The position numbers and the translations under genes are program-made. A DNA stretch of 63,771 nucleotides from Fidelibacterota bacterium (GTDB lineage Bacteria; Fidelibacterota; UBA2242): contig JBNGDF010000004.1 of NCBI GenBank assembly GCA_049975265.1, positions 1 through 63,771 on the forward strand, given 5' to 3'. Below are positions 52,971-60,766 of this stretch, piece by piece (position 1 is the stretch's first letter; every line of letters starts with the position of its first letter). The notes beneath the pieces were generated by a model. The model did no database searches. It was not told where the DNA came from and was given only the letters and a program-made list of their open reading frames with translations.

Positions 52971-54802
52971 TTTAATTGAATTGAGATGAGCAATGCCAAA
53001 AACAGGAGAATGTACATAACATAATTACTGACATTTCCGGTATAAATCCGTCTGACACTCTCACAGGTACTTTGAGTCCATTCCACCAATTTCAGATAAA
53101 AAGCATCCACGAAATCCTTGAGATAGGGACGTATCATGCGGTCCAGAGGGCGATAAAAAGCTACCGTATAATTATATTTTTCCTTCGGTACTGCTAAACC
53201 AGCGGCATAATTATCATATTGGTCAACCCTGGTCGCCTTACGCGCTCCCTTAAAAATCAGCCAGACGACTGCTACGGCGATAAAGATCGCCATAAAAATA
53301 TTGATTGTGTTCAGGGATTCGACTCCTCCCAGGGAAACATTCAGTGATTCAAAGCCTAAATAAACTCCAATGACATTAATCATTTTTAGAGCAATGCCCG
53401 GGAGAATTCCAAATAATAAAACCATCGCTGTCAATACGATTATGGGTAATTGCATTGTCAAGGGCACCTCTTTTACGTTTTTGTGTTCCTCGGGCAATTG
53501 TCCCAGAAATATGTTGTGGATAAATTTGAATCCGTACAGGATTGTTCCCCAGGTACCGAGAAATGCAGCAAAAGCCAGAAACGGGCGTTGATTCAAGATC
53601 AGGGCTTTATATATCAGCCATTTGGAAACGAAACCATTTGTCAGAGGTGCGCCGATCAAGCCCAGTATTCCCACCAGTCCACCGATAAAAGTGACCGGCA
53701 TCTTGTGCATTAATCCACCCAATGAATTGATGTCCCGGATACCGCCGGTACTGTATTCTATCGCACCTGCTACGAAGAAGAGCAGTCCAATGTAAATGCA
53801 GTGATTCAGAATATGGAAAGTTCCGCCCGCCATGCCCAGCGCTGTCGCCGAAGCGACTCCTAAAATCATATAACCACCCTGTCCCACGGTACTCCAGGCA
53901 AGAATCCTTTTCGAATCGTTTTGCAACAGAGCTGTCAACGCCGCGAAGACGATGGTAATCGCGCCAATCCAGCAAAAAATGCTGTTATAACTGATCCATC
54001 CTAACGATAATTTATTTAAGACATTGATTCCCAATATCATGTACATAAATAGATAGAGACCATACATTCCTTTTCGCACCAGGACGGCTGAGAGGATTGA
54101 CGAAAACGGTGAGACGGCTTCGGCATGCGCATCCGGCAACCAGGTGTGGGCGGGCCAGAAAGCATTGATAATTGTAAAGGATATTGAAAACAGAATTAAG
54201 ATAAAAAGCGTGTACTGAACAGAAGCGCCCTGAATCAGCTCTGCCAGAGCGGTAATCTCGACCGTTCCAAAGTGAGTATATAAACTGATAATGCCCACGA
54301 GCATTGCCAGGGATCCGATAATGGACATAATGATATATTTTATTCCGGCAAACAGCGCCTTATTTCCACCTTTATAACTAATTAATAGATATGTACTCCA
54401 GCTCATCATTTCCCAGAAGATGAAAAATGAGATTAGATCACCGCAGAGCACCGTTCCCAGCATGCTGGCGTTGATGAATAGGGTCGTAAAGTAGTAGTAA
54501 TCCAATTTATCTTCGTTTTCAATATATCTTATAGAGTAGATGATCGACAATAAACCGATACCAACAATGGTAATTGCAAAGAACCATGAGACCATATTTA
54601 TTCGGATTACAAATTCCAAACCCAGGAAACCGAAAGGAAGGGATTTTTCAATATCCTGACCATAGAAAAATGAGGTCAATATCACCAGCGCCAGGGCATT
54701 CAGAACGGCAATCCAATTCCTGAGTTTGGATGATATTTTCCCGGCAAAATAGATGAGGAATGCACCGCCGAAAGCCACACTAATCAGTAATTCTAAACTC
54801 AT
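52955..54802 (-). CDS. Antiporter-like proton-translocating subunit (MrpA/D-type, MbxH'-like)
   Basis: FFIFWEMMS, HTWLPDAHAEA.SP.S, KRILAWST, GFVSKW. Confidence 0.88.
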   Translation of the reverse strand: MSLELLISVAFGGAFLIYFAGKISSKLRNWIAVLNALALVILTSFFYGQDIEKSLPFGFLGLEFVIRINMVSWFFAITIVGIGLLSIIYSIRYIENEDKLDYYYFTTLFINASMLGTVLCGDLISFFIFWEMMSWSTYLLISYKGGNKALFAGIKYIIMSIIGSLAMLVGIISLYTHFGTVEITALAELIQGASVQYTLFILILFSISFTIINAFWPAHTWLPDAHAEAVSPFSSILSAVLVRKGMYGLYLFMYMILGINVLNKLSLGWISYNSIFCWIGAITIVFAALTALLQNDSKRILAWSTVGQGGYMILGVASATALGMAGGTFHILNHCIYIGLLFFVAGAIEYSTGGIRDINSLGGLMHKMPVTFIGGLVGILGLIGAPLTNGFVSKWLIYKALILNQRPFLAFAAFLGTWGTILYGFKFIHNIFLGQLPEEHKNVKEVPLTMQLPIIVLTAMVLLFGILPGIALKMINVIGVYLGFESLNVSLGGVESLNTINIFMAIFIAVAVVWLIFKGARKATRVDQYDNYAAGLAVPKEKYNYTVAFYRPLDRMIRPYLKDFVDAFYLKLVEWTQSTCESVRRIYTGNVSNYVMYILLFLALLISIQLKWGIF

Positions 54803-56271
54803 CCCAATACACTCCTTATATATTTTGCCTGATCGAGCAATTCGGAAGCCGCTGGGGTTAGTATTTTCGCAATGAAATTCGGAAACATTCCAATGAATAT
54901 GATCAAGCCTGCAAGAATAACCATTGGAATCAGAGCGGAAATGGGAGATTCACACTTTTCTTCAATTTTCCGAGTTCCTTTAAAATATATGAGCTGGATC
55001 AGTTTGAAGAAGTAGCCTCCTTCGATGACTGTTCCCAATAGTACAATTCCAATCAGTATCAGAAAAAGTAATTCTCCTTTGGCAAGCGAGGCACGGATGA
55101 TCATAAATTTGCTGGCAAAACCGGTAAATGGTGGTAACCCGACAATCGAAAAGGCACCGATTGTAAAAAATAGAGCGGTCAATGGCATTTTTTTGCCAAT
55201 ACCTTCGAATGACGATATTTCCATTGAACCGGTCCGAAAAATCATGTATCCGGCACACAAGAACAGCAGGGCTTTGCTCAGTGTATGACTGATCATCTGG
55301 AAAAGTCCTCCCGCTATTCCGAATTGAGTGGAGATTGAAAAAGCAAAAAGGATCAGACCGATCTGCCCGATACTGGAATAAGCCAGCATGCGTTTGATAT
55401 TATTTTGGGCAAATGCGCTCATTTCCCCAATCAAGATGGTCAGTACTCCCAAAACCATAAAAAACATGAAAAAGTTTGATACAGCAAATATTGTAAACAG
55501 GACACGGATTACCGCGTACAGACCCACTTCGATTGCAATACCAGAGAGAATAGCACTGACGGAGGAAGGGGCTGACGAGTGTGCATCGGGGAGCCAGGCG
55601 TTCAGCGGAAATATCGCCGCTTCGATTCCCAGTCCCGTTATCATTAATGCCATCGGAATGAATAATGATGAATCGGACGCTGAGACAATCTGCCTTGCGA
55701 GGTCTGCCATATTCAATGTTCCGAACTGACCGTAAAGCAGACCGATTCCCACCAGCAGCAGGCTGGATCCAATGGAGCCCTGGATGAGATATTTTACCGC
55801 CGATTCGAGACCAGCGCGATTACCCAGATAGGCAACCAGAGCATAAGAGGAAATACAGAGAATCTCGAAAAAGACGAAAAGATTAAATATGTCGCCTGTC
55901 AGCACAACTCCGGTGGCGCCGGTTAACAGCAGTAAAAACAGGATGTGGTATTTCTGTTGGGCGCCTTCCCGTATATATCTCAGAGCGTAAATGGCAACGA
56001 GCAGTCCGGTAAGGGCGATCAAGGTTGCCATCAGCATTCCCACTGGTCCGGCGACGAGGTTGATTCCAAAAGGCGGCGCGAAACCGGCGGTGATGACCAC
56101 AATCGGTTTTTTCAACGCCTGGGGTAGAATTATCAATGCGATGATGAGGTTGACAAAAAAACCGATGACGGGCAACCATTTGACGATTTTTTTCAAAAAG
56201 AGCCCCACAAGCGGGGTTAAAAATGCCAGCCCCAGAGGAACCGCAAGGAGGAGTACCGGATTAATGGTCAT
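54799..56271 (-). CDS. mnhD: Antiporter-like subunit MrpD/MnhD (MbxH-like)
   Basis: DIFNLFVFFEI, WLPDAHSSAPS, KRMLAYSSIGQIG, GLPPFTGFASK. Confidence 0.88.
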   Translation of the reverse strand: MTINPVLLLAVPLGLAFLTPLVGLFLKKIVKWLPVIGFFVNLIIALIILPQALKKPIVVITAGFAPPFGINLVAGPVGMLMATLIALTGLLVAIYALRYIREGAQQKYHILFLLLLTGATGVVLTGDIFNLFVFFEILCISSYALVAYLGNRAGLESAVKYLIQGSIGSSLLLVGIGLLYGQFGTLNMADLARQIVSASDSSLFIPMALMITGLGIEAAIFPLNAWLPDAHSSAPSSVSAILSGIAIEVGLYAVIRVLFTIFAVSNFFMFFMVLGVLTILIGEMSAFAQNNIKRMLAYSSIGQIGLILFAFSISTQFGIAGGLFQMISHTLSKALLFLCAGYMIFRTGSMEISSFEGIGKKMPLTALFFTIGAFSIVGLPPFTGFASKFMIIRASLAKGELLFLILIGIVLLGTVIEGGYFFKLIQLIYFKGTRKIEEKCESPISALIPMVILAGLIIFIGMFPNFIAKILTPAASELLDQAKYIRSVLG

Positions 56272-56337
56272 GATTTCTCTCGCTTACTATTATCTTGTTG
56301 ACAATAATGATAATTCTTCTTTTCAAAAAAGGAATCG

Positions 56338-56697
56338 CTACCACTTTTGCTCTCTTATATTGCGTAAATTGAGAGTTCCGAAATGATCGTACAGTCGAAT
56401 TGCCAGCGATAGAGCCAGTCCCATTACAGCGAGTCCAATGACGATTGCTGTCAGTACCAAAGCCTGGGGAACCGGATCGACCATTTTTTCGGCAAGTACG
56501 CCCGGCTCTGAAAAAATCGGAGCGGTCCCGTCTTTCAGGTAGCCGATGGAAATAAGGAAAAGATTGACACCCGTTTCAAGAATACTTAGTCCGATAATAA
56601 TCTTGATATAATTCTGCCTGATTGCCATTATGAAAAGACCGATCAGGATCAAACCGAAGGCACCAATATAGTAGATATAATTGTGTAAAAAAGTCAT
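56338..56697 (-). CDS. mnhC: Na+/H+ antiporter subunit C (MbxG-like)
   Basis: DPVPQALVLTAIVIG signature. Confidence 0.9.
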   Translation of the reverse strand: MTFLHNYIYYIGAFGLILIGLFIMAIRQNYIKIIIGLSILETGVNLFLISIGYLKDGTAPIFSEPGVLAEKMVDPVPQALVLTAIVIGLAVMGLALSLAIRLYDHFGTLNLRNIREQKW

Positions 56698-57383
56698 CAG
56701 CTCTCCTCCATCAACAGGTCGATAATTTTGCTTAATTCCGCACCTACCTTGAATCCAATGGCGATATAGATGAGCGGAATGATTCCGGCGCTGATAAGGG
56801 TGTTGAATTCGCCTTTGGGTAAAAAATTATTCAGAAAATGACCGGAGCCGATTACCAGACCCATTAGCCCAGTACAGAGAAATACCAATCCGCTAAGAGA
56901 TTCGGCGAGAACACTGCCGGTTTCCCCGATTCGCTTTTCCTGATGGCATCCGAGATACATCAGAACAAATGCCGAGGCGATTACCGCACCGCCCTGGAAT
57001 CCTCCGCCGGGAGTCAAATGCCCGTGAATAAATATATAGGCACCATACAGCAGAATCAGCGGAAACAGAAATTTGCAGCCAGTGGTGAGAATCATGCTGG
57101 CTTTTTCGAGTTTTCGCGGTGTCCTTCTCTGAATAGTGGCCAGTACAGTGCCCAGACCGATGGTAGCCAGAAACAAAACCGTTACTTCTCCCAGGGTATC
57201 CAGACCGCGGTAACTGACTACCACCGAGGTCACAATATTGGCTGCGCCGGTGTCCTCTCTACCCTTACTGATATATTGATCCGCCAGTTTTGTTTGAGAG
57301 ACACCGAATGGAATATGTTGCAGTGACGAAGAGATACCCCATGCAATGATGATCAATAAGATGGCGATGATTAGTTTTCTCAT
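56697..57383 (-). CDS. mnhB: Na+/H+ antiporter subunit B (MbhE/F-type fusion)
   Basis: NIVTSVVVSYRGLDTLGE and HGHLTPGGGFQGG. True start is ATG 57383 (MRKLIIAILL). Confidence 0.9.
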   Translation of the reverse strand: MRKLIIAILLIIIAWGISSSLQHIPFGVSQTKLADQYISKGREDTGAANIVTSVVVSYRGLDTLGEVTVLFLATIGLGTVLATIQRRTPRKLEKASMILTTGCKFLFPLILLYGAYIFIHGHLTPGGGFQGGAVIASAFVLMYLGCHQEKRIGETGSVLAESLSGLVFLCTGLMGLVIGSGHFLNNFLPKGEFNTLISAGIIPLIYIAIGFKVGAELSKIIDLLMEES

Positions 57384-57619
57384 TCTTCGATCCTCGTTGT
57401 TCGTCGGATTGCTATCACAAACACCGCTGTTACCAGCGCCGCCCCGATAGACGCCTCCGCCATCGCAACGTCCGGCGCATGTAACAGAAAAAAGAGTACC
57501 GCCGCAATGAGGCTGACCATGCAGGCTGCAATTATGGCGCTTAACAGGTCTTTCAAGAAGTAGGCTGTAATTGCTGACGCCAGCATGGCAATTATCAGTA
57601 AAGTTACAAAGATGATCAT
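57380..57619 (-). CDS. MnhB-related small subunit (DUF4040, MbhD/MbxD-like)
   Basis: APDVAMAEA.IGA motif; 3 TM segments. Confidence 0.88.
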   Translation of the reverse strand: MIIFVTLLIIAMLASAITAYFLKDLLSAIIAACMVSLIAAVLFFLLHAPDVAMAEASIGAALVTAVFVIAIRRTTRIEE

Positions 57620-57945
57620 GACTCTTTCCTTTGTTCAAATTCCCCGCTCAAGTCCACCACGCTTTTATCGCATAACGGGACGCCGCTTTTTTTTGAGGCG
57701 CGGGCAATGGCGTGACTTGAAATGGGATTGGTCACCAGCACAAAGACCGCGATCAGCAGGCATTTCCAGAACCATTCCGGCTGCATGATTCCGATTCCGA
57801 TAATGGAAAAAAATGTTCCAAAAGTGGTGCATTTTGTGCCCGCCTGAATCCGATTGTATACATCGGGCAGGCGCAGAATCCCGAAATTACCAAGCAGTAG
57901 AAATAGCACCCCGATGCCCGTCATAATGAGTCCCAATAGTTCCAT
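57616..57945 (-). CDS. mnhG: Na+/H+ antiporter subunit G (MbxC-like)
   Basis: RLPDVYNRIQAGTK..T.G, TNPISSHAIARA. Start is ATG 57945. Confidence 0.9.
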   Translation of the reverse strand: MELLGLIMTGIGVLFLLLGNFGILRLPDVYNRIQAGTKCTTFGTFFSIIGIGIMQPEWFWKCLLIAVFVLVTNPISSHAIARASKKSGVPLCDKSVVDLSGEFEQRKES

Positions 57946-57946
57946 A

Positions 57947-58207
57947 TCAAAATCCCTTTTCCATATAACGTGCAATCGCGCACAAGCCGACAAAGGCAAG
58001 CAGCGAATAGACCAGTGAAACGTCGAGGTAAATATAACGTTTGAATAAATAAGCCAGCAGAACCAGCAACGCCACAGTGGTTGTGGTAATCGTATCCACT
58101 GCCACGGCGCGGTCGGAAGCCGTCGGACCGATAATCATTCGGATCAGACTCAATAAGAGCCCCGCCATGATAATAAATAAAAAGACAACAAAGATCTGTT
58201 CATTCAT
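57947..58207 (-). CDS. mnhF: Na+/H+ antiporter subunit F (MbxB-like)
   Basis: R.IIGPT.SDRAVAVD, YLDVSLVY.LL.FVG...IARY. Confidence 0.9.
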   Translation of the reverse strand: MNEQIFVVFLFIIMAGLLLSLIRMIIGPTASDRAVAVDTITTTTVALLVLLAYLFKRYIYLDVSLVYSLLAFVGLCAIARYMEKGF

Positions 58208-58716
58208 GCGAATACCACCTGTAAATATTTTTCAAATCTCTCCCCGATCGCCCTGGTAGAGTCTGCCTTGCTCTGCGCTTTGACGTTAATCCAGTGAATC
58301 AGCAGCTCATCATCTCTGATATCGAGGGTAAAGGTACCGGGCGTCAAGGTGATGGAATTAGCCAGCAGCATTTTAGCAATATCCTGCTTTAATCCCGTTT
58401 TAATGATGACAATGCCCGGATTAATAGGCATTTTGGGGTGAAGTACCCGGTATGCCACGTCAAAATTGGCTTTGACAATCTCTTTCAGCAAAACCAGAAG
58501 GAACATGACGAAGTATGCAATTCGCTTTATTCCAATGGGAGGCAGCCCCAGTTTTTGATAGTTTTGGTTTAGGACCAGTGCCAGCACGAGACTGATTGCA
58601 ATCCCGGTTATCAACTCTGCGCTTTGCAAAGTATTGGTTAACACCATCCAGATGATGAACAGAAGGAAAAAGAGATAGAGAAAATTTCTCAACTTCGTAA
58701 AGGAATTATCCGCCAT
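58204..58716 (-). CDS. mnhE: Na+/H+ antiporter subunit E (MbxA-like)
   Basis: ANFDVA, LANSITLTPGT, LLIHWI. Confidence 0.92.
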   Translation of the reverse strand: MADNSFTKLRNFLYLFFLLFIIWMVLTNTLQSAELITGIAISLVLALVLNQNYQKLGLPPIGIKRIAYFVMFLLVLLKEIVKANFDVAYRVLHPKMPINPGIVIIKTGLKQDIAKMLLANSITLTPGTFTLDIRDDELLIHWINVKAQSKADSTRAIGERFEKYLQVVFA

Positions 58717-58784
58717 TCCAATTGACTCCCGACCTTAGTTTCAGTAGGATTCATTAGCTTTTAAAAAATCAAGAGATGCTCTAT

Positions 58785-59414
58785 TTAGAGATTGTTATGA
58801 GAATAGTAAATGAGCCTGGTTAATTCAGTACTCAGATCGATGCATTTGACCTCAATATTTTTCGGCATATTTATCAGACAGGGCGAAAAAGACAGAATAG
58901 CATTGATGCCCATTTCGGCGAGGTCTTTGGCTACCTCGCCCGTAACAGAGATCGGGGTTGCCAGAATACAGATTTTGATGTTTTCTTTCTTAATGAACTC
59001 TCCGGCATTGACTATATCCTGAATCGTCACCCCGTTAATTTCCGTACCGATTTTTTCCGGATTGTTATCAAAGGCTGCCACGATCTGAATACCTTCGGAG
59101 GGAAAACTGGAATAGGAGAGCAGTGCTCGGCCGATATTGCCCACACCAACCAGAATGACCTTTTTGATTTTTTGGATTTTTAGAATGTTACGGATTGTCG
59201 CGAGCAGTTCATCCACGTCATAACCGATGCCGCGCTTTCCGAATTCGCCAAAATAAGAGAGGTCTTTGCGGATAATGGAGGGATTGATGTTACACAGTTC
59301 TGCCAGGCGGTTTGAGGAGACGATTTTGGATTTTTTTTCGGCGAGGCAGATCAGCGCCCTGAGATATGGGAAAAGGCGGCTGATTGTTTCGTCGGGTATC
59401 GGTTTGGTTCTCAA
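58785..59414 (-). CDS. rex: Redox-sensing transcriptional repressor Rex
   Basis: IP..TI.RL..Y, IRKDLSYFGEFGKRGIGY, VGVGNIG.AL, AFD..P.KIG. TTG 59414 is the preferred start because GTG 59441 lies inside the operator at the predicted +1. Confidence 0.95.
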   Translation of the reverse strand: MRTKPIPDETISRLFPYLRALICLAEKKSKIVSSNRLAELCNINPSIIRKDLSYFGEFGKRGIGYDVDELLATIRNILKIQKIKKVILVGVGNIGRALLSYSSFPSEGIQIVAAFDNNPEKIGTEINGVTIQDIVNAGEFIKKENIKICILATPISVTGEVAKDLAEMGINAILSFSPCLINMPKNIEVKCIDLSTELTRLIYYSHNNL

Positions 59415-59425
59415 TGTCGTTCTCT

Positions 59426-59443
59426 TTGTGATTGTGTTCACAA
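59426..59443. promoter_or_regulatory. Rex operator
   Basis: TTGTGA-TTGTGT-TCACAA matches the TTGTGA-N6-TCACAA consensus and lies immediately downstream of the predicted rex promoter. Confidence 0.85.
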
Positions 59444-59451
59444 TCCACTAT

Positions 59452-59480
59452 AGCATAATGAAAATTTTTTGGGATTTCAA
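59452..59480 (-). promoter_or_regulatory. Sigma70 promoter of the rex-mbx operon
   Basis: Minus strand reads TTGAAA-17 bp-TATGCT. Confidence 0.6.
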
Positions 59481-59509
59481 GAAATATTTTTCTTGTGACC
59501 AATAAATTG

Positions 59510-59560
59510 TTGCATTTTGAACATATGTGCGTTATATTTGTTATGAACTTATGTTCATTA
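59510..59560 (+). promoter_or_regulatory. Sigma70 promoter of the DUF134 cluster with two related palindromic boxes
   Basis: TTGCAT(59510)-17 bp-TATATT(59533). Boxes TTTTGAACATATGTGCGTTA (59515-59534) and TTATGAACTTATGTTCATTA (59541-59560). Confidence 0.6.
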
Positions 59561-59575
59561 TTAAAGGAAAACTCA

Positions 59576-60055
59576 ATGCCAAGACCACAAAAAGAGAGAA
59601 AAGTACTTGAACCGCCCAAAATCCAGGGACTGAAACCGGTGGGCGTGCCTGCGCGGTTTCTGGAGCGCATCTATCTGACGGTAGTTGAATATGAAGCCAT
59701 TCGTCTGGCGGATTACGATGGACTCGACCATCAGAAAGCGGCGGAGATTATGGGTGTGTCGCGTCCTACTTTTACCCGTCTGATCGAGAAAGCCCGTCGC
59801 AAGGTAGCCGATTCTATTGTCGGTGTTAAGGAGCTGGTTATAGAGGGTGGAACCTATTCCTTTGCCACGCACCTGCAACGCTGTATGGATTGTGGTGAGT
59901 TTGTCCGTTTCCAATCTCCTAAGCAGATGGCGACTGTTTGCAGCGCCTGTGGTTCGTCCAATATTGTCCATTTGAATGAATGGTTCGGCAGGCGCGGTGG
60001 TCCGGGTTTTGGCAGGCGGGGTGGTTTTCGGAGAGGTCATGGCTATCAAAGATAA
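59576..60055 (+). CDS. DUF134 (UPF0251) HTH protein with a C-terminal zinc ribbon and Gly/Arg-rich tail
   Basis: MPRP.K.RKV, EYEAIRLADY.GL....AA..MGVSRPTF.R....AR.KVA, IEGG, CMDC...CSAC. Start is ATG 59576. Confidence 0.9.
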   Translation: MPRPQKERKVLEPPKIQGLKPVGVPARFLERIYLTVVEYEAIRLADYDGLDHQKAAEIMGVSRPTFTRLIEKARRKVADSIVGVKELVIEGGTYSFATHLQRCMDCGEFVRFQSPKQMATVCSACGSSNIVHLNEWFGRRGGPGFGRRGGFRRGHGYQR

Positions 60056-60077
60056 CAATAACCAAAAGGAGGTCAAT

Positions 60078-60305
60078 ATGCCGAGAGGTGATGGAAGCGG
60101 TCCCGCAGGAATGGGACCCGGAAGCGGTTTTGGAAGAGGACCAGGTGGTCAGGGTGGTCGTGGTCGCATGGGTGGTCCGGCGGCTGCGGGACCCAGTGGC
60201 GACTGTGTTTGTCCAAAGTGCGGTTTTCATGCACAACACTTGAGGGGACAGCCGTGCAATCAGCGAGAGTGTCCCAAGTGCGGTACCATAATGACAAGAA
60301 GTTAA
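60078..60305 (+). CDS. Small Gly-rich protein with a Cys-rich zinc/iron-ribbon C-terminus (DUF5320-like N-terminus)
   Basis: AGGAGG RBS. MPRGDGSGP..., GPSGDCVCPKCG...RGQPC....CPKCG..MTR. Confidence 0.85.
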   Translation: MPRGDGSGPAGMGPGSGFGRGPGGQGGRGRMGGPAAAGPSGDCVCPKCGFHAQHLRGQPCNQRECPKCGTIMTRS

Positions 60306-60329
60306 CAAAATACAAAAAAGGAGGTTACT

Positions 60330-60683
60330 ATGCCCAGAGGAGATGGAACAGGTCCTGCCGGAATGGGACCAATGACAGGTCGGGCAGCCGGATACTGTGC
60401 CGGCTATGATCGTCCCGGTTTCGCCAATCCCTATGTTCGTGGTGGTTTTGGCTATGGATTCGGGCGTGGTCTGGGCCGCGGATTCCGCGGCGGCTTCGGT
60501 CGTGGATTTGGCAGAGGCTTTGGTTATTATCCTGTTGCCCCGACCTATTATGGGGCACCGGCTGGCTGGAGCGCTCCGACCAAAGAACAGGAGTTGGATG
60601 TCTTGAAACAGCAAGCTGAAAATTTTGAACAGAATCTGTCCGACATCCGAAAACGAATTGAAGAGCTGGAATCCAATTCCTGA
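60330..60683 (+). CDS. DUF5320 family protein
   Basis: MPRGDGTGP.GMGPMTGRAAGYCAG, GFGRG repeats, C-terminal coiled coil ELDVLKQQAE...IRKRIEELE. Confidence 0.88.
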   Translation: MPRGDGTGPAGMGPMTGRAAGYCAGYDRPGFANPYVRGGFGYGFGRGLGRGFRGGFGRGFGRGFGYYPVAPTYYGAPAGWSAPTKEQELDVLKQQAENFEQNLSDIRKRIEELESNS

Positions 60684-60691
60684 TAGGTGGT

Positions 60692-60721
60692 AAAGCGGAT
60701 AGCGGGTTCGCTATCCGCTTT
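60692..60721 (+). terminator. Strong hairpin after DUF5320 (terminator or mRNA stabiliser)
   Basis: AAAGCGGATAGCG-GGTT-CGCTATCCGCTTT perfect 13-bp stem with a short U tract. Confidence 0.65.
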
Positions 60722-60766
60722 GAACCCGTTTGTGTTGTCAACAAGGTTAAATAAGAGAGAAAATTA

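Noticed and set aside
57384..57638. Cys-rich 85-aa N-terminal extension of MnhB
   Set aside because: It is an out-of-frame read of the DUF4040 gene. MnhB starts at 57383.
52955..58716. Apparently lower GC in the membrane-subunit genes suggesting horizontal transfer
   Set aside because: Not quantified, explainable by Ile/Phe/Leu-rich composition, and no mobility genes or flanking repeats were seen.
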